NCBI GenBank assembly: GCA_977017575.1
Contig: CDRNVI010000149.1
Span: 186,001-250,000 of the forward strand
Length of the DNA: 64,000 bases
Direction of reading: 5' to 3'
Origin: Paramoeba atlantica
Lineage: Eukaryota > Protista > Discosea
Below are positions 40,087-49,913 of the stretch, piece by piece. Made by a program: the position numbers and the translations under genes. Numbering within the stretch: the stretch's first letter is position 1; each line of letters opens with the position of its first letter. A model generated the notes under the pieces. It searched no databases, had not been told where the DNA came from, and was given only the letters and a program-made list of their open reading frames with translations.

Positions 40087-41148
40087 ATGTCATTTGAATT
40101 ATTTGATTCGCTTGACGATGTGTTGTCAATTTTTGATGAAGAAGTTTCGTTTTGTACGGAGCTTGGATCCATGAAAAGACATTTGATGTGTTCGAATCGA
40201 GGATCGAGTTCGATGTGTTCGAATCAAGGATTGGTTTCGATTGGTTCGGAACCAGAGCAATCAAGTTTATCGAGTTCGCTGGGTACAAGTTCGACGGTAC
40301 AGAAGTCCTCCAAATCTGTAGAGAAAGAGGAAGATTTTGAGGAGGCTGAGGCCCTTCAAGAGAAGTGTCGAGTTTTACGAAAAGAGAATACGGCTCTTTT
40401 GTTGAAAGATAGTTTGTCAGCCATGGAAAGGGCGAGGGTTGAACTAGTCAACCGGAGGTTGACGAGCTTGAGAAGTACTTTGATGGCTTATGATGTAATT
40501 GGGGTAGAGAAACAACAAAAGCCAAAAGACAAGAAAAGACTGCCCCAAATCCAAGATTTGCCGAAACTGCAAGAAAAAGTCACGATTTTCCAGTTGCTCG
40601 ATTTTGTTTTTCGCTTCCATTCCTGTATGGAGAACCAATGTGTCCCAGAGCCTGATCGAAAGAGATATCTGTTCGAAGCCACACCCAGTTTGATCAGTGG
40701 GTTTCTAAAGATGAGAGAAAACCGTCCATTCCGTGAATTGCTCACGTTGGTTCCAGTAAAGTTGCTAGGTCCAAGGTGGAAGTTGGTGATTTTGAAAGCT
40801 TTGAAAAGTCTCCAGCAAAAGCCAAGTGAGAGACTCGACGCATTTGGGTATCAGTTTAATCTGCTGGTAGCAGCTTCAGGGACAGATCCTCGTTCTCGAG
40901 AGGCGAAGGAGCTTTTGGAAAAAGCAGTTCTCCCAGGTTATCAGCCCTTCTGGGAATTATTGTGTGGAAGTGACTACCTTTTTGAGCCACGAATCTCTGT
41001 AACCAATCTGATTGATATTGGAGCTGCAAGGGAGGGTTCAGCCCTGCTTAACCATTTTTGTGCCCCTGGTCCTGTAGAGCCAAGGAGACCAACAAACTGC
41101 CGGAATTGTGGGAAACCTGGCCATCTTGAGAAAGAGTGTTGGGCTTGA
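40087..41148 (+). CDS. gag: Gag (353 aa) ending in a CCHC knuckle
   Basis: LQQKPSERLDAFGYQF gag-like motif; CRNCGKPGHLEKEC followed by TGA at 41146-41148. Confidence 0.88.
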   Translation: MSFELFDSLDDVLSIFDEEVSFCTELGSMKRHLMCSNRGSSSMCSNQGLVSIGSEPEQSSLSSSLGTSSTVQKSSKSVEKEEDFEEAEALQEKCRVLRKENTALLLKDSLSAMERARVELVNRRLTSLRSTLMAYDVIGVEKQQKPKDKKRLPQIQDLPKLQEKVTIFQLLDFVFRFHSCMENQCVPEPDRKRYLFEATPSLISGFLKMRENRPFRELLTLVPVKLLGPRWKLVILKALKSLQQKPSERLDAFGYQFNLLVAASGTDPRSREAKELLEKAVLPGYQPFWELLCGSDYLFEPRISVTNLIDIGAAREGSALLNHFCAPGPVEPRRPTNCRNCGKPGHLEKECWA

Positions 41149-41745
41149 GGGGGTGGAGCAGAAGGTAAAGGTCCATGGCAGCAATTGCGCAGAGATGAGC
41201 CTCAAGAGAGGAGAGGACGCGATTTGGCCAAGATAAGATGTTTCTCTTGTCGGGAAAAGGGTCACTATGCAAATGGGTGTCCAAAAAAGAAAGCTGAACC
41301 GAGGTTGGCTGGACTTGCCGAAGAGGAATCAAACCTGGGGGTCCCTGGAACTGATGTTTCAACATCTGATTTTGAGGATGAGGAAGCTTATTTAGCTTTA
41401 ACTGAAGAAGGATTTTTTGGTTTGGGGGTGGAAGAAGATACGGATGGGCTCCCCAAGATTCCAATCTCTCTTGGGAGGAATGATGTGGAAGTGTGGGCGA
41501 TCTTTGACTCAGGAGCAAGTGCAACACTCGCTGACCCTTCTGTTTTTGACCGTTTAGAAGGAGATTTAGTGAAGAGAAATTTTCGAGTCCGAGGAATTTC
41601 TGGATGTGTTCAAGAAACAGACACAGCAAAGAAAGTCAAAGTTTCAACAATCCAAGGCCAAGCTGAGATTTTGATTTGGACTTTACCTGGTTTAGGGAAA
41701 GATCGAGTACTTTTGAGTGCGGCTGATGGAGCAACTTGGTGTTGA
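41149..41745 (+). CDS. pro: Second CCHC knuckle plus aspartic protease, in frame with gag after the single TGA
   Basis: CFSCREKGHYANGC; AIFDSGASATL; FRVRGISG flap; same frame as gag. Confidence 0.88.
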   Translation, partial: GGGAEGKGPWQQLRRDEPQERRGRDLAKIRCFSCREKGHYANGCPKKKAEPRLAGLAEEESNLGVPGTDVSTSDFEDEEAYLALTEEGFFGLGVEEDTDGLPKIPISLGRNDVEVWAIFDSGASATLADPSVFDRLEGDLVKRNFRVRGISGCVQETDTAKKVKVSTIQGQAEILIWTLPGLGKDRVLLSAADGATWC

Positions 41746-44700
41746 AATCGAAGGAATCCCACCAGTGTTCCCAGAAAGGAAGAAGTTGTTCCATGAGACT
41801 AACTTAGCGGACAAAGAGGGATGGAGTGGGCCATCTGAAGAGACACGCCTGCCTGAGAATGAAGTTGAGAAAATAATGGGAGGGATTAAAGAAGTTCTTG
41901 AAGAGAATCAGAGATTGCCTGATGGGACTTGTTGTAATATCAGGAATTCGCATTTTTCGATTTCATTGCTCGATCCAAAGCCGGTTTTTACGCGACAGTA
42001 CCCGATTCCAGAAAGATTAAGTGGCAAAGTTCAACAGAGAGTTACTGAATGGTTGGAAAAAGGGTGGATAGTTCCTCTGGAGGATGTGTCCTCAGTGCGA
42101 AATCTCTGGAACACCCCTCTAGTAGCAGCTCCCAAGGTTTCAGGTGGCAAGAAGGAAGATGATATTCGGCTTTGTATGGACCTGAGAGGGGTGAATGCGA
42201 AATCAGAAGCCCCAGACTACCAGCTCCCTACGATTGCTGATTTGATTTTTCGGATCAGAGGTTCGAAAATTTTCTCTGAGTTGGACTTGTCAGCAGCATT
42301 CCACCAAATCAAACTCTCGAAGGACTCGCAAGTAATCTTGGGTTTTACAGGGCCTGATGGGAAACAGTATGTATGGGTGGTGATGCCTTTTGGTCCAAAA
42401 GGAGCAGCAACACACTTTCAGTGGGTGATTGATTCATTGGTGGCGGATTTCCTCGATTTCTTGAGAGCCTATGTGGACAATCTGTTGGCCCATTCACAGT
42501 CTGTGGAAGACCACATTGACCATCTGAAAGTTGTGATTGAAACTCTGACTAAGGCAGGATTCAAGCTGAATTTGAAGAAGAGCAAGTTTGGATTTACAAG
42601 AATTTGGTTTATGGGGATGATTGTTGATGGTGAAACTCGATGGGTGGCCAAAGACAAGTTGGGGTGGTTGAAGAAGATAACTAGACCAACGTCAGGAAAG
42701 AAGGTTTCTGCAATCTTGGGTTTTTTCAATTTCTTCAGAGACTTCATCCCTAACTATGCGAGGGTTGCTGCACCTCTTGAGGAGCTCAGAAAGAAGAAGG
42801 TGATCACAGAGAAAGATTGGAAGCCAGATTGTCAGAAAGCCTTTCAAGATTTAAAGATATTGCTTGAGTCAGCACCACCATTGAGCCAGCCAAATTTTGA
42901 TGAAGAATTTCGAGTTGCGACGGACGCTTCCCAGTTTGGGATTGGAGTTGTTTTGTATCAGAAAATCGAAGGAAAGATTAAATATATTGATTTTGGGGGT
43001 GGTTCATTGAAAGGTGGCCAAAAGAACTACCCAGCGGTAAAGCGAGAACTCTTGGCAATCATATTCGCTCTCAAAAGGTGGAGGCACCTGCTGTTGGGGA
43101 GGAGGTTTTGTATTGAGACGGATCATAAAGCATTGGAGTATTTGAACCAATCGAAGAACTTTATGATCTTAGATTGGCTGCACTTCCTGTTGAATTTCGA
43201 TTTCTATGTGATACATTGCAAGGGAATGAACCATGTGTTACCTGACTCTCTCTCTCGGATTTTTGGGGAACCAGTTAGAGATATGGCGGGAGTTAAGTGT
43301 GTTTTTGATTCACATGAGCTGGTGGTAGATGAGGTCCCTTCCACAGGGATTGGAAAAAAAATGAAAAAGTTGATGAAAGATATTTTGGGAAAGAAGGAAC
43401 CTGCAGAAGAAGACAAACTGGCCTTGATAAAAGCGAAACACAAAGAGAGTCATATTGGAGGACTCGGGCTATTTGAAGCTATGGTGAGAGACGGATTTTA
43501 TTGGGATGGATTGAGGACCCTGTGTGACAAAGTAGCGAAAGGGTGCCTAGAATGTTTGATGTACAATGTTGGGAAAGTGGGATTTCACCCCATCACCCCA
43601 GTTTTGTCGAAACTTCCGTTTGATCACATTGCAATGGATCTGATTATTTTGAAAGTATCTTCAGATGGCTTCACTGTAATCCTATTAGTGATTGATGTGG
43701 CTACGCAGTTTGTGCTTTTACGACCCCTAGTGTCAAAAGAAGCGGTGCAAGTAGCATGGGTTCTATTGAATATTTTCACTAACTTTGGAATCCCCAAGGT
43801 GTTGCAAATGGACAATGACCCTTCCTTTTTGAATGATGTTGTAGAAGAGTTCCGCAAGGCAGCTGAGTTTGTGGCAAGAGCCGTTTTGACTTATTTCCCA
43901 AACCAGAATGGAGCAGCAGAACGCTATGTGGGAGAAACAAAACGATTATTGTTCAAGCTGCTGAAAGGCTACCAGGAGAATTGGGCGAAAATGTTGCCAG
44001 TGGTCCAAATGTCCTTAAATGATCGGATTGTGGGGAGACATATGTCGAGTCCATTTGCCTTGATGTTTGCAAGGAAGTTGAACAAGTTCGAGGATTATCA
44101 GAGTATAGAGTTACAAGAAGTGTCAGAAGAAGATTTAATTGAACGAAATAAGAAGATGATCGATGCGGTGTATCCAGCCATTTTTGGACATTCCAAGGAA
44201 GCAGGAAGGAAATATTCAGAGAGGAAAAATAAGGCCAAGAAAGAGAAAATTTGGGAGGCAGGAACCGAGGTTATGAAGATGGTAGATGTAAGAGGTGCGA
44301 AGAGTGATCAGCGCTGGGAAGGACCATTCAAAGTGGTGGGGTACAATCAGGCAACAAAAGGATACGATTTGATTGATGCAACATGCGCCTTGGTGAAAAA
44401 TGAAGTACCTGCAGTGAGATTAAAAGAGATCCAAGGAGATTTGGAGGAAGGAGAAGGGAAAATACTGGAGATTTTAAAAGTGGTTGACGATCGGATGGGT
44501 GAGGATGGACAAGAATATTTAGTGAAGTGGAAAAATGCGGAGGAGTCGTGGGAAGCTGTGAGTTCCTTCCACTCGTACAAGGTGATTGAAGATTATTGGA
44601 AAAAGAAAGACAAGAAACAAGAGAAGAAGGAACCAAGAAAGAAGAAAGAGGAAGAGAAAGAAGAAGAATCAGAAGAAGAAGAACCAGAGAGGTTTTCGAG

Positions 44701-44749
44701 TACGGGAAGAAGAATTAAGAAGAATCTCCCTAAGGCTGCTCGTGGGTAG
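41717..44749 (+). CDS. pol: Pol: RT, RNase H, integrase, chromodomain; +1 frame relative to pro; RT motif YVDN
   Basis: IRLCMDLRGVN, ELDLSAAFHQI, VMPFG, YVDN; TDASQFGIG, ETDHKAL; H..H..C..C, QMDND..F, NGAAERYV; WEGPF; EYLVKWK...SWE chromodomain. Confidence 0.95.
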   Translation: MRLMEQLGVEIEGIPPVFPERKKLFHETNLADKEGWSGPSEETRLPENEVEKIMGGIKEVLEENQRLPDGTCCNIRNSHFSISLLDPKPVFTRQYPIPERLSGKVQQRVTEWLEKGWIVPLEDVSSVRNLWNTPLVAAPKVSGGKKEDDIRLCMDLRGVNAKSEAPDYQLPTIADLIFRIRGSKIFSELDLSAAFHQIKLSKDSQVILGFTGPDGKQYVWVVMPFGPKGAATHFQWVIDSLVADFLDFLRAYVDNLLAHSQSVEDHIDHLKVVIETLTKAGFKLNLKKSKFGFTRIWFMGMIVDGETRWVAKDKLGWLKKITRPTSGKKVSAILGFFNFFRDFIPNYARVAAPLEELRKKKVITEKDWKPDCQKAFQDLKILLESAPPLSQPNFDEEFRVATDASQFGIGVVLYQKIEGKIKYIDFGGGSLKGGQKNYPAVKRELLAIIFALKRWRHLLLGRRFCIETDHKALEYLNQSKNFMILDWLHFLLNFDFYVIHCKGMNHVLPDSLSRIFGEPVRDMAGVKCVFDSHELVVDEVPSTGIGKKMKKLMKDILGKKEPAEEDKLALIKAKHKESHIGGLGLFEAMVRDGFYWDGLRTLCDKVAKGCLECLMYNVGKVGFHPITPVLSKLPFDHIAMDLIILKVSSDGFTVILLVIDVATQFVLLRPLVSKEAVQVAWVLLNIFTNFGIPKVLQMDNDPSFLNDVVEEFRKAAEFVARAVLTYFPNQNGAAERYVGETKRLLFKLLKGYQENWAKMLPVVQMSLNDRIVGRHMSSPFALMFARKLNKFEDYQSIELQEVSEEDLIERNKKMIDAVYPAIFGHSKEAGRKYSERKNKAKKEKIWEAGTEVMKMVDVRGAKSDQRWEGPFKVVGYNQATKGYDLIDATCALVKNEVPAVRLKEIQGDLEEGEGKILEILKVVDDRMGEDGQEYLVKWKNAEESWEAVSSFHSYKVIEDYWKKKDKKQEKKEPRKKKEEEKEEESEEEEPERFSSTGRRIKKNLPKAARG

Positions 44750-44770
44750 TGTTTTTGTTTCAAAAACACT

Positions 44771-44779
44771 GAGGGGGGA
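44771..44779 (+). promoter_or_regulatory. Polypurine tract
   Basis: GAGGGGGGA directly before the 3' LTR TG. Confidence 0.9.
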
Positions 44780-45010
44780 TGTGCACAGGGTGCTAGTTTA
44801 GCCCCAGGGGAATTCAGTGAAAGATGAAGCTCAAGAAGGAGAAGAATTATGAACTTGTAGAGTTCAGATATTAGCTGAAGAAGAGAAAGAGAAAGAAACT
44901 CACTTGGGAGTTTCAGAATAAAAAAAGCGCTTGAAGACCATTCTTGAGTCCATTGTTCTCTGTGTGTCGGAGTGACTGTGTGTCTGGTGTGGAGTCAGGA
45001 GGTCGTTCAC
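44780..45010 (+). repeat. 3' LTR
   Basis: Identical to the 5' LTR except C44968 (T40007) and G45005 (A40044). Confidence 0.95.
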
Positions 45011-46339
45011 TTTGTTCATCAGTTATTCAAACTAAGTCTTGTTCAGATAAAGCATTAATCTTTTGGGTGACTCTTTTGTGCCCTACATTTGGTTTTGGCA
45101 TGGGTGTGTGCACTCAACATCCTCCTCCATTCCAGATAAGGTTCAGTGAGAGCATCACCACTTGAGTGGCCTGGTGTTTGAGACTGAAATTGAAAGTTGA
45201 CCCATCAATGCATTAACAAATGTCTTATATAAAGTTGACCTATCAATTGCATACTCAGTGTTTTGGCCAATGCTGAAACCTTGAGTGATGTGGGCTCTTG
45301 GAGTGCACACTGGAGAACAAGTTGACCCATGCAACACCTCAGACCCAAAATGGTGACTGTTTGTTGAGGGAGCAAGTTGACTCATGTTTTCTGATGACTC
45401 TTGTCTGGTTTGAGCAGGGGAGCAAAGTTTCAAAACAAATCTCTTTCCAGATCTCCAATGATGAGAGTGAAACTGTCATCTTGCTCATGATGAACAGTAA
45501 CAGTTGGATCATTTTTGTTTGTCCAATTTTCTTTTGAGTTCATCAAGGTCCTTACAATTCTCAATCATTTCATTGAGTTGTGTCAGCATTTGCTTCTTTA
45601 CTGCTTGGAGGTCGATTTCCTCTTCTCTTTTCCTTTTGGGTGGTGGAGGGGTTTGGTCAGATTGAGCAAACCACTGGACCAGATTCATGCAATTACTTGA
45701 GAACATTTCAAAAGCTATATGTTGCCATAAGTTGAGATGAGGGAGGACCAAGTCTTGTGTCCCTGGCCAATTCCTTTCACTTTCAAAAGTTTTCCAATGT
45801 TCAGCCAAAGACATTGAAGATTACTGTGATCAGTGTTTTCTTCATGAGCTTACATCAGGTTGTATTGACCCAGACAATGAAGAAGAAGAAGAAGAAGAAC
45901 TTGAATCAGAGTTTCTTCAAACAATCAGTGTCAAGTCAAGATCACTGAGAATACATCCAGGAATGGGAGTCTCTGGTGAAAGAGTTTCTGTTTGGATCAA
46001 TTAACAAAACAGGTTCTTTTTTTCCCTTTCACAACATCATCACCTTCAACTTCTATGCATAACCTTTTTTTTCAAATCAAACAATCCAATCATCAAAAGA
46101 ATAATAAACACACACTTTTTTTCCTTTTTCTTTTTCTTTTTTGTTCCATTTCTTCAACCTTCACCATCTTCATTCAACCAAAAAACAAACAAATCAGAAA
46201 AGAGACCACAAGAGTGAACATATGGATATAACATCAGATTTTTTTTGAAGGCTCAAAAGGAATATTTGAAGTCACTTCAATCCTAAAAACACTATGATTG
46301 CAAGTGCAGCTTAAGCTCACTCTCATGTAAAGCATTAAA

Positions 46340-46620
46340 CCAACAGTTTTCACTCCAAAACCTGATGGAGGTTGAAACTTGAACAAGCCCATTTCAGGAA
46401 TTTCAAGAGGATGGAACTTTCCCTTGACAATTTCAAGAAAAAATATCACTTTAGTCTCCCCTCAACCAATTATATGAAGTTCATTTCCAAAAAAATATGG
46501 TTTCTTTCTGAACAAACATTCAACTAAAAGTCAATTTGTAGAACCACACCACTATACACTCATTCAGACAGACCTGACAGATCTGTTAACTTGGAGCAAA
46601 GATGGTCTTCATCTTTTTGT
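46340..46620 (-). pseudogene. Decayed internal fragment of the same piggyBac family as 35986-38479
   Basis: KMKTIFAPS..VCLNECIVVW..FVQKE..VIFFLEIVKGKFHP..MGLFKFQPPSGFGVKTVGLML aligns to the 37140-37410 region. Confidence 0.85.
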
Positions 46621-46629
46621 TAAAAGCAA

Positions 46630-47965
46630 CATGTAATCATGGATGGGGTGATCTCTCATGATGATAATGTGGTTAAAAAAGCAATTAAGGATTTTTGGGA
46701 GGGTCTTCTCAGCACAGAAAGACCATATAACAAAGATTCTCTTGATGAACTGATTGCTGACCACCAACCTCATTTCCCCCCAGTTAAGAAACATAATGTG
46801 GACAGGAAGAAAGTCAATAAACTACTTCAGAGAACCAACAACACCAGCACAGGACCTGATGGTATTCCCTTCTCTTTGTATAAGGCAACACAAGAGAAGT
46901 ACTTTGATATGTGGGTAGAACTAATTCAACAAGCAAGTGAGGTTATGGATTTTCAGGAAATCAATTGATGAAGCAGTAGAATCAGTATATGACTCTTTTT
47001 ACAAAGCTTTGGCAGAGGGGAAAGATGTGACTCTCCTCCAAACAGACTTTTGCAAAGCATATGATTATGTGAATTGTGATGCACTCCTTCATATTCTCAA
47101 AGGTTTGAACACCCCCCTAAAGCAATCTATGTTGTTGAGAAAGTCCTTTGTGAATATGTAACCTGGCTGCTAAATATTGGTGGATCCAAGAGGGGAGGCA
47201 CCAAAGAATCAATCCAAAGATGGACAGGAGTTAGACAAGGATGCCCAATCTCCCCTCTATTGTTTGTGATTGTGTTTGACATCCTCCTTGTGAGTTTGAA
47301 GAAGAAACACAACCCCCAAGATCTGCCAGGCTTTATGGATGATTTGGGGATGGTGCTTTAGAGAGCTGAAACCATCAATTCTCTCACTCCAACCTTTAAG
47401 AAATATGAAGAAGTGACTGGAGCTAAACTGAACTTTAATAAGTGCTTTGTCCTCTCAACTGAGTCTTACAAACCAGTAGACCCCTGGTCTGAGATGGCAA
47501 GACCCAATTACTGTGGTGATGAAACTGAGAGTGAGATTGAGTAAATGGTTATCTCCTCTCAAAGATTGGGAGAAGGTGGTTCAAAAGATGAAGAAAGTTG
47601 GAACAGCAATTAAAAAGAGAGGTGGGAATTTTTGCTCAAGAGTGAAGATGGTCAATACCTATCTAACTCCATGTATAGGATACTTAGTGAGATTCAAGTT
47701 GATCCTAAAATCTGTCACCTCTTTGATGTGGAAATCCCTTTGCTCAGCCCTGGGTGTCTATGCCAACACTAAAACCTCTGTTCTTACTTTATGCTATCCC
47801 CTTTGGACTCAAAGCCTTTCTTCCAAAGTTGTGTTTGGTCAGACCACTTGTGTTGCATATACCAATATATCTCAAATGATTCCAATTGAAATCAAAGACT
47901 TGTATGTGGGGGAAGGAAGAGCTGAATGTGTGGTGTACAACTTGACTCATGCAATTAGATTTTAG
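46630..47965 (+). pseudogene. Non-LTR retrotransposon (L1/Tx1-like) RT relic with an internal deletion
   Basis: STGPDGIPFSLYK, QTDFCKAYDYVN, GVRQGCPISPLLF, FMDDLG, WEKVVQKM..SRVKMVNTYL; frameshifts; RT domains 1-2 missing. Confidence 0.88.
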
Positions 47966-49913
47966 CTTAAAAGGAATTTACTTAAATTTCTAATAAAAGA
48001 GCTATCTACAAGAAACAAGTTGTTTCACTTCTCAAACTAAGATTCAAATTGTTGCTCAGCTGTCACTGAGAAAAGGAGTTATGATCTCATCTATTGGAAA
48101 AATGCTCTGTGGCTGAGGGTCTTCTTCAAGCAAAAGGAAGGAAATGTATTTTGCTGAAAATACCCAACTAACAAGAAACTAAGAGTGTGTGGCCTTGTCT
48201 CAAAGTATTTTACCAGGCAAGAAACCTTTGTGGTGAGTGCTGCCCTGCTGAGTTTGTGGCTCACAGTATGTGCAAAAGGAACTAAATCAACCTAGTATAC
48301 TAAAAAAAATTTTAGAAAAATCCTGAGAAAGAATAAAATCCTCCCTTGGCCTCTAAGGACTCAAACCAAGAAAGGATCTAAAAAGAAAAAAAGTTTTAAA
48401 TTCAAAAGCTTTTAAATGTTTTAGAATGGTTCAAGACATACAAACCTTCATCTAGGGGGTGCAGGTTTTGCAGTTTTCAGGGAAGAAAGAGAGATATGTG
48501 GTGGGTTTGAAACCATTCCTCTTGGCTTTAACAATATTGGTGAATTTACAGGCTGCTTGATTAAATCAATGATAAAAGAGATTATAATTGTTGGAGATTG
48601 TATAATTCTTACCAAGGCAGTGTTTAAAACCCATACTAGAAAAAATTATGTTTTAAATGAATTACTTTGTGAAATTACAAGTTAAGGCTTGAAGGTTTGC
48701 AACACTATAAGCAAAACAACTATTTAAGATAAGAAAAGCTTTGACATTATCTTTGAACTTTAAAAATCAACATTTTATAATCACTTTTAGAACAAAAATT
48801 TTATCAATTCAATAAGAAAATAACTTATTATTGATATTTAGTGATGAAAATAATATTACATGACACCATTCATTCACTGAGAGATTATACATCACCTTTA
48901 AGTTTGAAACAAAGGATATTGTTTTAATAATTGTAAAAATTGAAAAACTCTATCCAATAATACCAACTATAAGCATTAAAGTGATATAGAATTTATTTCA
49001 AGAGGAACAATATATATGGAAGCAATTATGTATTAAAACAACTTTGAGTTTTTCAGTATCTTTTTTACAATCAAAATCAGTTTTATTCATATTCATGATT
49101 AATTAAAAGTGAGCAGCATCAATCTTTTTTTGTAATTCTTTTATATTTTGTTTCAGCTTTTCTTCAAACAAATTACACCTCTCTGCCTCAAGTGGCTCTG
49201 AATCAATAAGAAAAAGTTGTTTTTCACTTTAAACAAAAAAATAAATCTAAGTGAAAGAAATTGCTTTTAAGAAAGTGGTATTAATTCAATCCTTAAGAGT
49301 GGTTTGGATTAATGAAACTTGGTTTCCATTACATTTTTACACATATTTAACAATTTTATCAATTTGAAAAGATTTAATCTTTGTAAAGTGTTTTCACATC
49401 TTTGATTTCACTCCAAAAAGCAGGTTACCCCAAGTTTTGGAAAGTTTTCTGTTTTGTTGTTAGTCAATTTGAAAAAAACAACTTATAGTTGTGAAAGTTA
49501 TTATTTATTCTTTTTTATTTGGATTATTAAGAATTAATTTTTTATAAAAATAATAATATTACTTTATTAAAGTTTAACAAAGAGTTAACTTTTCTTATTC
49601 AAAGGTTTTATAAAAAAAAATGTATTCATGAACTAGAAGTTTTAAATTTTACAATGAAATTACTTCAACAAAAAGGACAAAAGATTTTTTTTTTTTTTTG
49701 TGAAAGAAAATAATAGATTCTTGAAAATGAATTTAGGTGAAATGAAGCAATGAAACAAAAACCAACAAAAACAAACAAAAAACTAAAATTAATTTCAGAA
49801 ATAAAATTAATTTTCTTTATTTGGCTAAAAAAAAATATTTTTCTCAATTTGATTTTTATATTTTTTAAAAAAATAAGATTTTAAATATTCAAAAAAGAGA
49901 AAAAATTTTTTGA

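Larger units (their letters stand above)
39819..45010 (+). mobile_element. Full-length Ty3/gypsy chromovirus (Skipper-like) LTR retrotransposon
   Basis: Two 231-bp LTRs differing at 2 positions, flanking TTTGTT duplication, PPT, gag, protease, and RT-RH-IN-chromodomain. Confidence 0.96.
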
